A stretch of DNA of 35,144 bases from a virus (taxonomy: Duplodnaviria; Caudoviricetes), in IMG/VR virus record IMGVR_UViG_3300042815_000183, positions 1-35,144 of that record; one strand, given 5' to 3'. The stretch's first letter is position 1. Each line of letters begins with the position of its first letter. The position numbers and the translations under genes are program-made. Below, piece after piece: positions 7,847 to 17,512 of this stretch. The notes under the pieces were generated by a model. The model was not told where the DNA came from, ran no database searches, and saw only the letters and a list, made by a program, of their open reading frames with translations.

Positions 7847-8902
7847 ATGGCTGGACTTTGGATCACGGTCGACGAGCTCGATCCTCAATTCCAAGAAAAC
7901 GAGTATGCTCAGGACGCAGTAAAAACTGCTTCCTACTTGATGTGGTCAATGTCGGGCCGTAAGTATTTCGGAACGCAAACAATCACCGAGCGCTACGTCC
8001 GATTTGCACCGCTCCTCAACATGCACCTGCTTCAAGAAGCGGCTCTCGTCAATGCTATCATCACCAAGACAACGGAGATGATTGAGCCTTGGGTTTCAGC
8101 TGAAACTCGTATCCGACTTCGTAGTCAGCCCGTCCAATCTATTCAGACTGTTCGTAGCACAAAGGGTGAGATCTACTCCCCTGACAATTATTATGTTGTC
8201 GATCGATCGACAATCCAGTTCTCCGAGGGTGCGCTCATCGTTCCTGCCGACATCGAAATCACATACACCTACGGCATGAACCCCCCAACCATGGGGAAGG
8301 TTGCGGCCAAGCGTCTTGCTCAAGAGTTCATCCGACTCTGGACAGGTGACGACGACTGCGCTCTTCCTCGCCGTGTAACTTCTGTTTCGCGTCAAGGCGT
8401 GAACTACACCATCCTCGATCAACAAGACTTTATCGCTGAACTCCGTACAGGTATCTACGAAATCGACCTGTTCCTCAAGACCAACAACCCAGACGGAGCA
8501 AAGAAGCGCGCTCGCGTCTTCACTCCGGACATCCCCCGCGCTCGCAAGTACACACGCAAAACGCGGAAACTCACAGCCAGTGCTCGGGACATTGTTGTCC
8601 CTGCTGGCGGGACCGAAACTATTACGGTAACGCTTGCCTCCATCAATGCTGCGTTCTTATACTCGCAGGCAGGTTGGACTCCTGAAGTGGTTCTACGTAG
8701 TTATGACGGGACGTACTCTAAAACCGTCTCGGGCGCGTCTTACATCACGGTTACCTCAACAAATATTTCTATCACCGTTCCCTATGCCGACGCTTTCGCC
8801 GTACTTCGCATGATTGATCCTGGAACATGGGATCTGTATGGAGTACAAAACGGCGCAAGCACTTATATTACATCTGGTAACCTAGATGTAGACCTAACAT
8901 AA
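7847..8902 (+). CDS. Head-to-tail adaptor with C-terminal extension
   Basis: ASYLMWSMSGRKY, ITYTYG..PP, CALPRRVTSVSRQGV and TGIYEIDLFL...NP motifs of actinophage adaptors; position. Confidence 0.78.
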   Translation: MAGLWITVDELDPQFQENEYAQDAVKTASYLMWSMSGRKYFGTQTITERYVRFAPLLNMHLLQEAALVNAIITKTTEMIEPWVSAETRIRLRSQPVQSIQTVRSTKGEIYSPDNYYVVDRSTIQFSEGALIVPADIEITYTYGMNPPTMGKVAAKRLAQEFIRLWTGDDDCALPRRVTSVSRQGVNYTILDQQDFIAELRTGIYEIDLFLKTNNPDGAKKRARVFTPDIPRARKYTRKTRKLTASARDIVVPAGGTETITVTLASINAAFLYSQAGWTPEVVLRSYDGTYSKTVSGASYITVTSTNISITVPYADAFAVLRMIDPGTWDLYGVQNGASTYITSGNLDVDLT

Positions 8903-8916
8903 CAAGGAGAAAATCA

Positions 8917-9066
8917 ATGACCATCATGACCAACTTCCGCGCACAAGATATGCCCGGAAACCAGAAGCCCACTGTTGCTGTCCCCGCGCTAAAAAAGGTT
9001 GCAGCCCCTGCCCCAGTTGTTGTCGAAACCCCTGCCGAAGAGGTAGAAGAGGCTCCTGCGGAGTAA
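8917..9066 (+). CDS. Small hypothetical protein (49 aa, below track cutoff)
   Basis: AAGGAG SD at 8904-8909; MTIMTNFRAQDMPGNQKPTVAVPALKKVAAPAPVVVETPAEEVEEAPAE*; fills the gap between neighbours. Confidence 0.7.
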   Translation: MTIMTNFRAQDMPGNQKPTVAVPALKKVAAPAPVVVETPAEEVEEAPAE

Positions 9067-9069
9067 TCC

Positions 9070-9588
9070 ATGGCCTCAATCAATATTGACAATTACGACA
9101 TTGACACTGAAGCACTACGTCTTGTAGAACTGCTGCAAGGTGTGCTTGAGCGTGTTGAGTCAGTATTTGTTTCGCACGGAGTACCCCTCCCGGCCCGGCG
9201 GTATTGGACCGTCGGGGTCCCTGCTGTTGACTGTGAGCAGTTGACAGTGTCTTTTGTGGACGGGTACCTTGGGGCTCCTGGGGATCAGGCTTCTATGCCC
9301 TTGCGCTGTAACGTTCCTCGTAGTGTGAATATGTCGATTGAGTTGTCGCGGCCTGTTCCCGTAGTGGGGCAAAATGGGCAGACCCCCAGTGCCCAGGTTA
9401 TTCAAGATGCGTCCCGGATTGCCCTAGTTGATTCGTGGGTTCTACTTACTGCTATCAATTTGCTAGACGTCTGGGATGAAGATTTGGGTGCTTTCTCTGG
9501 GCCTGGCGTCATTGCTACTGTTCAAATTAGTGGTGTTGAGGGCGGCTACATGGTTACCTCTATGCGCGTTACTATGGCTGTTCCCTAA
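9070..9588 (+). CDS. Probable tail terminator / neck protein
   Basis: 172 aa; PAVDCEQLTVS and G.EGG motifs; synteny between adaptor and chaperones. Confidence 0.5.
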   Translation: MASINIDNYDIDTEALRLVELLQGVLERVESVFVSHGVPLPARRYWTVGVPAVDCEQLTVSFVDGYLGAPGDQASMPLRCNVPRSVNMSIELSRPVPVVGQNGQTPSAQVIQDASRIALVDSWVLLTAINLLDVWDEDLGAFSGPGVIATVQISGVEGGYMVTSMRVTMAVP

Positions 9589-10121
9589 TGACTTACGGAC
9601 TTCCCGATAGCTTTCTCTACGGATCGTATAAGCGAATCCGTGGTGCAATGCGGGGCGGTCGCGGAGGTTTTATCAATGGTCGATCGTTTGTCAGCTACGA
9701 TATTAGCTTTGGCGGTCTTAATCTCGACACAGAAAAGCTTGACCGCTTGCTCAACCAACAGAATGGTGAAGTTGGCAGACATATGGATGCAATAGCTCGT
9801 ATTATTACTGCGAGAGCCAAAGCGCAGGTTGGTCGAGAGACTGGGGCACTCATGGCGTCTATCAAGTGGGAGTACAAAAGAAATTCTGTAGGTCAAGAGC
9901 GAGTTATTGGTTCTCATCTTCCCTATGCTCTTGCCCACCACGAGGGGACCGCTCCTCGAGTAATAAAGCCTAAAAATGGGCAGGTTTTGTCGTTTAAATC
10001 TAAGGGTGTCTCGATCGTTACGGACGAAGTAAAGCATCCGGGGACTGAAGCTAATCGCTACCTCTCTGACAACTTGTATGTTGTTGTTTCTTCCTACCTC
10101 CGTCTGCTCTCTCGCGGGTAA
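9588..10121 (+). CDS. HK97 gp10-like neck/tail-completion protein
   Basis: TGALMASI...YALAHHEGT.P..I...VKHPGT..N.YL pattern; TAATG coupling with the upstream gene. Confidence 0.65.
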   Translation: MTYGLPDSFLYGSYKRIRGAMRGGRGGFINGRSFVSYDISFGGLNLDTEKLDRLLNQQNGEVGRHMDAIARIITARAKAQVGRETGALMASIKWEYKRNSVGQERVIGSHLPYALAHHEGTAPRVIKPKNGQVLSFKSKGVSIVTDEVKHPGTEANRYLSDNLYVVVSSYLRLLSRG

Positions 10122-10127
10122 TCGGTG

Positions 10128-10133
10128 TATAAT
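10128..10133 (+). promoter_or_regulatory. Candidate -10 element (TATAAT) before the tail chaperone
   Basis: Perfect TATAAT in the intergenic gap; no clear -35. Confidence 0.45.
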
Positions 10134-10185
10134 TGTAGAGAGCAACTGCTCAAAACGACATAACTAAGAATAGAGGTACTACACC

Positions 10186-10521
10186 ATGGCAAAATTCCGC
10201 GACTTTGGAGTTGGCAAGCCCGCCGAAGATCGAGAGACAATCTCGTTTAAACTGCACAATGAAGAATTTATCTGTGTCCCACAAATTCAAGGCGTTGTCT
10301 TGCTCGAACTGGTAGCGTCCAGTGGCAGCGAAGACAGCACTGATTCAGTTCGCGCGATCACAAACTTCTTCAAGGATGTTTTGGTGGACGAGAGCTACAA
10401 GCGCTTCTCTAAACTAATCCGCGACAAGGATCGCATTGTGGACGCGTCAACTCTTGGCGAAATCGTAGGCTGGGTCGTTTCTCAGTACGGTGACCGCCCG
10501 GAATCGCAACCCGAGGTCTAA
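10186..10521 (+). CDS. Tail assembly chaperone (G-like)
   Basis: 111 aa, two ORFs upstream of the tape measure; ends ...YGDRP; SD GAGGT. Confidence 0.75.
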   Translation: MAKFRDFGVGKPAEDRETISFKLHNEEFICVPQIQGVVLLELVASSGSEDSTDSVRAITNFFKDVLVDESYKRFSKLIRDKDRIVDASTLGEIVGWVVSQYGDRPESQPEV

Positions 10522-10913
10522 TTCAATGGGCGTTAGACCTCTGGCCCTCGGTCAACGGCAAAGCCCTAACAACAAACGTACACTTGAAGGATATGGAGGC
10601 CAGTCAGATGCTTGACGTACTCCATTTCTACATGGAAGAAGATTATCTAGCTGCCGATGCTACTCAAGCGCAGCAAAAGACGAATGTCCGTACTGTCATT
10701 TATCGAGAGTTTTATGGCATTGCCTACAAGTACGGACAGAGTCAAAACCAGTCACAGGGTCGGCAGTACCTAGACCCCGCTAAAGACTATGACGATGATC
10801 TTTCAGATGTGACGGTGTTTAGCCCAACTGCAAAGCCATACACTCCAGCCACCGACTTCGACCCGAGCAGCCCCGAACCATTCGGTGGCCTGCTTGACGC
10901 ACCCATAGGATAA
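10494..10913 (+). CDS. Tail assembly chaperone second segment (GT-like, probably reached by -1 frameshift)
   Basis: The -1 frame is open from 10494 (after TGA at 10491) and reads ...GLIQWALDLWPSVNGKAL..LDVLHFY; only a weak TTG start at 10584. Confidence 0.65.
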   Translation, partial: PPGIATRGLIQWALDLWPSVNGKALTTNVHLKDMEASQMLDVLHFYMEEDYLAADATQAQQKTNVRTVIYREFYGIAYKYGQSQNQSQGRQYLDPAKDYDDDLSDVTVFSPTAKPYTPATDFDPSSPEPFGGLLDAPIG

Positions 10914-10917
10914 GCAA

Positions 10918-13900
10918 ATGGCAGTTGTCGGTACCGCTGAGATTATTGTTAGGGCTATTACAAAAGATGTAGCCAACGACATTCGCACTGGATTTAAAGA
11001 CGTCGAGGCTGAAGCCAAGCGTGCTGGTATCAATGCTGGACGTAACTTTAGCAGGTCGATGAACATGAATATCGATCCAGACTCTGGTCTGGGTCGATTG
11101 ATGCTTCGTCTTAAAGAGATTTCTCCGAATGCTAAACAAGCAGCCGACGCTTTTACTGCTCTTGTCCGAAAAGGCTATTACGTTCAAGCGGGGTTGGGTG
11201 GAATTGTAGGGGCTATTGGTTCAATTGTTGGTGGACTTGGAGCTCTAATCGGGGCGGCAGGTGCTGCTTCCGCTTCAGTTGTCGCTCTTGGTTCTTCGCT
11301 TGCATCCACCTTGACGGGTTTTGCCCTGATGAAGTATGCATTGGGTGGGGTCGGTGCTGCGCTACAAGAATCTGCTGGAGGAGGCGGTGGTGGTGGCGTA
11401 AGTGGAGTCGATCAAGCTCTGCGTAACTTAGCGTTAACTGTTGAGCGCAATGTGGAGTCAATCGCCAATGCCAACAACAATTTGCGCGATGCTCAGTTGG
11501 GTCTTAATGAAGCCTACAAAGAAGGTGCGGAGTTCCTCCAGCAATTAGGCTTCCAGGCAGAAGAAGCCGCTCTGAGTCAAGAACGCGCCGGAATGTCACT
11601 GGAAGAGGCAAGGGAAAACCTTGCTCGAGTACAGGACCTCCCACCCAACTCTCGAGCGCGACGAGAGGCTGAAATTGCTTTTCGAGAGGCCGATCTCAAC
11701 TATCGTCAGGCGGTTGACGCCAATTCTGATCTTGCAAAAGAGCAAGATAAATACTCCTCGGCAGGTATTGAAGGGACTGAAGCAGTATTGGACGCGAAGG
11801 AGCGTCTACTCCAAGCTGAAGAAGATTTAGCCAGAACTGTACGAGACAATCTCCGCGCACAGGAACAAGCAGAGGAAGCACTCGCACAAGCTCGACGGGG
11901 CGGCGGGGGAGCGGCCTCAGCTCAGCAGTCTGCCTACGACAAACTGACCAAGAGTCAGAAACGGTTTGTTGATTTTCTTAAAAAGGAAATTATTCCTGAA
12001 ACTAAAAATCTTAAAGAAGCTGTAGCAAAAGGCTTCTTACCTGTTCTAGAAACTCAGCTTCGTCGTCTCAAGGATGGTGGCTTTTTTGAAGCGCTTGAGA
12101 CGGGGTACGAAGCTGTCGGTGTCGGTCTAGGAAAAGCAACAGAATCATTCAATAACGCATTTATCAATAATGGCGGCATTGACGCCATGCAACAGTTTTT
12201 CCTTCAAACTGCAAAAGTGATGCCTGCTGTCGGTGAGAGCCTAGGAAGTATTGCTAGTTATGTGCTGTCCCTTTTTAAGGCCGCTGAACCCCTAACTGCT
12301 CGATTTACTGAGTGGGTTACAGGAGTGGCTGGAGGTTGGGCCAACTCGCTTGACACCGCTGGTGAAATAACAAATCTACAAAATTTCTTTGAAAAAGCTG
12401 GCAACTTGGCCGCCATGTTTGGCGATGTCTTTGGAAACGTCTTTGACGGAATTGGTGACTGGATTGATCTCAACCTTTCCCCCGGATCAGGCGGATATCA
12501 GATTGTTGAATGGCTCCAAGAAATTTCTGAAGGATTTGCAAATATTGATCGGGTGTGGCTCGATTCTTACTTCCGCCAGTCGTCTCGAAACTTTATTGAA
12601 ATTGGGGATTCTATAGGAATACTTCTCAATATTATTGCTCGGGCTGGGGGAGACAGCAATATTGAAGAGTTGTTTGAAAATCTGAATCAAGGTGCCTTAT
12701 ACATAGCCAACATTGGACGAGAAGCCTTAAAAGTTGCGCCAGAGATTGGACTTCTTCTTCTTAATATTACTAAATTGTTGTCAGCTTTCGCAGACTCTCA
12801 GGCAACTCAAGCGTTCTTTAGTGTAATCAACACAATGACGGGCGGGTTTGCTGCAGTCGCCAGAGCCGCACAACACATAATTGAACCAGTTAGTCAAGTT
12901 TTCGGGTTTATTGCCGGATTTGGGGCTTTGGCCCGGGCGATGGAGAAAGTTAAAGACGTAGCCGCTGGCTTCTTGGAGCCAGTCCTCGAAGGATTCCAGA
13001 ACTTTAAAGAAGTTTATGCTGTAGCTGTAGCCACAATTGAGGGATCTAAGGGCACATACAGTGGGTTTAAGGACGCCTTCAAACAGATGGCTGACGGTAT
13101 AAATGCTTCTAGTGGGGGCCTAGAAACATTTAAAGGCGGGCTATCGACGTTTGGCGGAGCCAGTAAAGTTGCGTTCTCTTCGCTCATCAAGTCAATTGGG
13201 CCAGGTGGTTTAATTGAACTTGGGCTTGCAGCTATATCCACTACAGTTGTGCTTATTGGTGGACTTATTGAAGAGAACATGCGAAAAAAGATGGAGGCTG
13301 CCACTGACGCATTTGAAGATGGTACAGACGCAGTAAGTCTACTCAATAGTGTTCTTGAAGAAGGTGACTGGACCGGGGGAGAATATATTGATCTAACTCT
13401 GGGAGACATAGCTAATGCCGCAAAAGAAGCTGCCACACAAATTAAAAAAACTGAGGAAGCAATCGGCGGTGCTGCAGTCACTCTGCGAGGTGAGCTGGTT
13501 CAAGCAGGTATCGATGCTAGGGACCCAAACACAAGTGGTGCAGAAGCACTAAAAGCCTATAAAACTGCAATTACTTCTGTCGGAGATAGCCTTGCACAGG
13601 TTGCTACTACTGATCTAGCCCTTGCACAGGAAAGATTTAGAAAACTTCGAGATGAGTTGGGATTCAACAATCAACAGCTGATTGATACCGAATCTCTTAC
13701 AGGTGATTTTAGAGACACTCTGATTGCTCAAGCCGATGCATTAGATATCAGCATTATGGGCACAAATGGCTTAGTAGACGAACAAAAACTGATGGCATTT
13801 GCCGTTGGTGAAGGTGACATTGCCATCAGGAGACAGAATGAGGCCCTAAGAGAAAATGATGATGAACTTAGTAAATTGATCTCGGCCACGGCAAACACCA

Positions 13901-14790
13901 CCGACGCTGCCGCGGCTGGGTGGGCAAAAGGTACCTTTAACCTTAAAGAGTACAATAAAGCTCTTGAGAAAAACATAGAGGCCATCGCTGAGTCTTTTAC
14001 AAACACTCAGGAGTTAATTGCTAGAGGATTTGATCAAGATTTAATTGCTGCGTTCACAGAGGGAATGGACCCCGCGCAAGCAGCAGCGGCTCTCCAAGTT
14101 TTAGTAGACGCCAGTGACAAAACGTTGAGTCAAATCAAAGACAATCTTTTACGTAGCGGAGATGATTACAACACTGCTCTAATCAAATTTACTGAAGGGA
14201 CTGCCACTGAAACAGAAAAAGCGGCTAAGCGTGCATTCGACAATAACTTAATTAATCTTGAAACTTTCTTAGATGTCATGAGCGGTGAATTAGAGTCGTT
14301 CGACACCAAAGTCACAATTGGAGCAGACACAACTGCGTTTGACGCTATTGAAACCAACGCACGAATGGCCGCTGATAAAGCACAATCAACCGTCAAAATT
14401 AGCGCCGTTGCTCAACCAAAGAGTGGAACAATTTCGGTTGCTGGAATCCCCTTCCCCTTCAAGTTCTCAGGATTCAAGAACGGTGGTATGGTCGGAGCAC
14501 TTAACATGATGGGCTTTGCCAACGGAGGAATGGTTTCAGGCGGTGGCTACGGTGGAGGTCGATCGGACCGCATCCCCGCCATGCTCTCCAACGGTGAGTA
14601 CGTTGTCAACTCTGGAGCCGCGGCTCGTAACCTTTCTACTCTCAATGCGATAAACTATGGCGGAGCCTCGGTGGGATCTGGCTCAACCGTCAACATCACC
14701 GTAAACCCCTCCCCCGGAATGGACGAGCGCGAACTCGCGTCCGTTGTCTCTCAGGAACTTATGCGTCAAATGCGTCGAGGTAGTATCTAA
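10918..14790 (+). CDS. Tape measure protein
   Basis: 1290 aa, Ala/Gly-rich helical; N-terminal VGTAEIIVRA; C-terminal FANGG..G...SDRIPAMLSNGEYVVN and VNITVNP motifs; follows the chaperones. Confidence 0.92.
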   Translation: MAVVGTAEIIVRAITKDVANDIRTGFKDVEAEAKRAGINAGRNFSRSMNMNIDPDSGLGRLMLRLKEISPNAKQAADAFTALVRKGYYVQAGLGGIVGAIGSIVGGLGALIGAAGAASASVVALGSSLASTLTGFALMKYALGGVGAALQESAGGGGGGGVSGVDQALRNLALTVERNVESIANANNNLRDAQLGLNEAYKEGAEFLQQLGFQAEEAALSQERAGMSLEEARENLARVQDLPPNSRARREAEIAFREADLNYRQAVDANSDLAKEQDKYSSAGIEGTEAVLDAKERLLQAEEDLARTVRDNLRAQEQAEEALAQARRGGGGAASAQQSAYDKLTKSQKRFVDFLKKEIIPETKNLKEAVAKGFLPVLETQLRRLKDGGFFEALETGYEAVGVGLGKATESFNNAFINNGGIDAMQQFFLQTAKVMPAVGESLGSIASYVLSLFKAAEPLTARFTEWVTGVAGGWANSLDTAGEITNLQNFFEKAGNLAAMFGDVFGNVFDGIGDWIDLNLSPGSGGYQIVEWLQEISEGFANIDRVWLDSYFRQSSRNFIEIGDSIGILLNIIARAGGDSNIEELFENLNQGALYIANIGREALKVAPEIGLLLLNITKLLSAFADSQATQAFFSVINTMTGGFAAVARAAQHIIEPVSQVFGFIAGFGALARAMEKVKDVAAGFLEPVLEGFQNFKEVYAVAVATIEGSKGTYSGFKDAFKQMADGINASSGGLETFKGGLSTFGGASKVAFSSLIKSIGPGGLIELGLAAISTTVVLIGGLIEENMRKKMEAATDAFEDGTDAVSLLNSVLEEGDWTGGEYIDLTLGDIANAAKEAATQIKKTEEAIGGAAVTLRGELVQAGIDARDPNTSGAEALKAYKTAITSVGDSLAQVATTDLALAQERFRKLRDELGFNNQQLIDTESLTGDFRDTLIAQADALDISIMGTNGLVDEQKLMAFAVGEGDIAIRRQNEALRENDDELSKLISATANTTDAAAAGWAKGTFNLKEYNKALEKNIEAIAESFTNTQELIARGFDQDLIAAFTEGMDPAQAAAALQVLVDASDKTLSQIKDNLLRSGDDYNTALIKFTEGTATETEKAAKRAFDNNLINLETFLDVMSGELESFDTKVTIGADTTAFDAIETNARMAADKAQSTVKISAVAQPKSGTISVAGIPFPFKFSGFKNGGMVGALNMMGFANGGMVSGGGYGGGRSDRIPAMLSNGEYVVNSGAAARNLSTLNAINYGGASVGSGSTVNITVNPSPGMDERELASVVSQELMRQMRRGSI

Positions 14791-17510
14791 TGGCACGAAC
14801 TAATCTAGCCCCCAACCCGTCTTTCAAAACAAACACGACGGGGTGGTCGGCAACCGAAAACTCCACCATCCTTCGATCAAATGATGTGGCGTTCTTTGGT
14901 GACAACTCTCTCAAGATCACCAACAAGGGTGTAGGCCTTTATGGCACTACTACCACCAACATCACTGGATTTACCGCAGGTCTGTCCTATGCGTTTTCGG
15001 TGTATGTGTACCTGCCTGACAACCCCACCGCTACTGCGTACTATAACGACATTGAAATGCAGGTTGTATTCTACGACAGTAGTAACAACATCGTCGGCTC
15101 TACATCGCCCACGTCAGGTGTTCACCGCGTCTTCGACAATGACCGATGGGAAGACAATCGACTCTCTATCGTAGCAACAGCACCTGCTGGGGTTTCGTAC
15201 GCGATTGCAACCATTCAAGCCAGTACTGATGTTTCTTCAGCCACTGAAGTCTTCTACCTCGATGCTCTCCTTATTGAGCAGGCTTCTAAGATTAATGAAT
15301 ATTTTGACCAGCTCAGCGACACTCCCGCCAACGAGCAGGGTCGCGAAAAAGAACTGGTCAACCGCGCTCTTACCCCTACCCCAATTCCTCACATCACGGG
15401 GCCTGAGCTCAATGCCGACATTTCTTTGGGCCGTCTGATATTTAACACGGTGGACGAAGACGGAACCGTGTGGGTCTGTACTGACCTCACTGGCTGGTGG
15501 GGGCAGACATCCCCTGACGTCCCGGACATCACTCGTGGAACAGAGGACGGCTCGTTCGACGTGTCGGGACGGTATATGGCCCGCGTTATCACGCTCTCAG
15601 GAGTATTCCTTCCTCAGAGCCGTGACTACCTGCCCAAGGCCCTTGACCGACTCATTACTGAAACAGACTTGGTTCGACGCACTTCCACTCTCCGTGTCGA
15701 CGAGGACCCGACCAAGATCGCCGAGGTACGCCTTGTCGGACAGCCTGTTATTACGACAGTAAATGCTCGTGGACGCACCGAGTTCTCCATCACCCTTCGG
15801 GCCGCTGACCCTATCAAGTATGCTTGGGCCATCAATCAGGTTCACGGATATGAACTCAGGGGTATTAATGGTTTGGAACCAGATGCCTCTACTAGCCCAA
15901 CGAGCGCCTCGGCGTCAACGACGGTAGTAAACGCCGGAAATACAACGGTCACGCCGACTATTACTGTTCTTGGCCCCATCGGCTCGGGCAGTACCATCCG
16001 CGCTACCAGTCGAGACCGTGACGAAACAATCACGCTTGTCTCAGCGTTGCGAGACGCTGGGGCCATTGCGAGGGCTACGTCCTACACCCGTGAGAACTTG
16101 GTGGTCACAGTAACAACCGATGCCGACCACGGTCTGCTGGTTGGGGACACCATTTCTTTCAATTGGACTACCATTGATTACAACATTGACCCACAAGTAA
16201 GTGATCATGTTGTCACTGCTACTACCACTCAGACACCATTCACATTCTCGTACTCACTTGCTGGTGTGTCACTGTTTGGAACTGACGCTGGGCAAGATAT
16301 TGTTTCTACCACAATTACGGGTGGAGCCGATGTAAAGCTGACAAACCCAGACACTCTGGTTATCGACAACTACAACAAAGAAGTGTCGTTCAACGGAACT
16401 ACCATCGGACAGCGTTCTAAGCTCGAGCCGCTCATTGACTGGATTAAATTAGATGCGGGCACGACGACTGCCACTCTTACTGATAGTTTTGACAACTACA
16501 CAGTTGTCAACAAGCAATTCTCTCGGACCACAACTACAGCTACTGCTACCGTTAAGTTTGATCGAGCACACTTTCTCGGCGTAGGAGACACGGTAAATGT
16601 CTTCCTGCCTGAGAGCATTGACATCTCCACAACTGCAGCAGTAGCGTCAACAGATGTTGTGACTGTCAATACTGATACGGCTCATGGGTTTGGTGTGGGG
16701 GACGTTGTCACGGTAGAGGTCAGAGAAGCAAGAAACATTACGCAAAAAGCCTACGACGCTACTGGCGATATCGCTACTCTCACCCTCAACGCCAATCACT
16801 CTTGGGCCGACACTAACCGAATTAGTGTGGCACTCCCGTCCACCGCCACCGCGACATCGTACTCCTTCAACACCAGTACCGATATTGTAACAATTGGAAC
16901 TCAAGCAGCACACGGATTTGTTGCGGGCGACACAGTCAATATCGCTAACCCAGCCCTCTCCTCAATTGCCACCAAGAGCATGAGCGCGGCGGGCGTTGCA
17001 ACACTTACTACCCGAACAGCACACGGTCTGACCACTGGAGGCGACGCGTTGGTTGTGTTGCCAGTAAGCACAACGCTTGCTCTTAAGGCAGTAAGCGGAA
17101 CAACGGTAACTATGGCCACAACGACTGCACATGGGTTTTCAGTGACAGACCGTGTGGCCATCGATCTGCCAATCACCGCCACAGTTGATGCCTTTGCATA
17201 CGGCGGGTTCGCCACTCAACTCGTCACCGTCACGACGACAGCCGCCCATGGCTTTTCCATCGGAGATCAAATTACGACAGCATTCAATTCTACCTACGAC
17301 TCGTATGAAGGTACGTACTACATTCAGTCCGTCCCGACTACAACATCTTTTACCTACTACTACTTTGGGTCTCAAACTGCTTCCGTTGCCGAGGACGGTA
17401 CGGCCACCGGAACAATTACCAACGTGACAAATACTGGCCTCAATAGTGCAGGCACGGCTATCACGTCCGTCCCCACCCCCACGACATTCACATACACGAA
17501 GGCGAGCTAA
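14790..17510 (+). CDS. Distal tail (Dit-like) protein: N-terminal CBM-like domain, Dit core, nested beta-repeat stalk
   Basis: TNLAPNPSF...W CBM4/9-like start; GWWG..P..R...DG...R.ITLSG, LRAADPIKY, VNAGN...P and LVIDN Dit motifs; multiple T.T..AHG...GD repeats. Confidence 0.75.
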   Translation: MARTNLAPNPSFKTNTTGWSATENSTILRSNDVAFFGDNSLKITNKGVGLYGTTTTNITGFTAGLSYAFSVYVYLPDNPTATAYYNDIEMQVVFYDSSNNIVGSTSPTSGVHRVFDNDRWEDNRLSIVATAPAGVSYAIATIQASTDVSSATEVFYLDALLIEQASKINEYFDQLSDTPANEQGREKELVNRALTPTPIPHITGPELNADISLGRLIFNTVDEDGTVWVCTDLTGWWGQTSPDVPDITRGTEDGSFDVSGRYMARVITLSGVFLPQSRDYLPKALDRLITETDLVRRTSTLRVDEDPTKIAEVRLVGQPVITTVNARGRTEFSITLRAADPIKYAWAINQVHGYELRGINGLEPDASTSPTSASASTTVVNAGNTTVTPTITVLGPIGSGSTIRATSRDRDETITLVSALRDAGAIARATSYTRENLVVTVTTDADHGLLVGDTISFNWTTIDYNIDPQVSDHVVTATTTQTPFTFSYSLAGVSLFGTDAGQDIVSTTITGGADVKLTNPDTLVIDNYNKEVSFNGTTIGQRSKLEPLIDWIKLDAGTTTATLTDSFDNYTVVNKQFSRTTTTATATVKFDRAHFLGVGDTVNVFLPESIDISTTAAVASTDVVTVNTDTAHGFGVGDVVTVEVREARNITQKAYDATGDIATLTLNANHSWADTNRISVALPSTATATSYSFNTSTDIVTIGTQAAHGFVAGDTVNIANPALSSIATKSMSAAGVATLTTRTAHGLTTGGDALVVLPVSTTLALKAVSGTTVTMATTTAHGFSVTDRVAIDLPITATVDAFAYGGFATQLVTVTTTAAHGFSIGDQITTAFNSTYDSYEGTYYIQSVPTTTSFTYYYFGSQTASVAEDGTATGTITNVTNTGLNSAGTAITSVPTPTTFTYTKAS

Positions 17511-17512
17511 AC

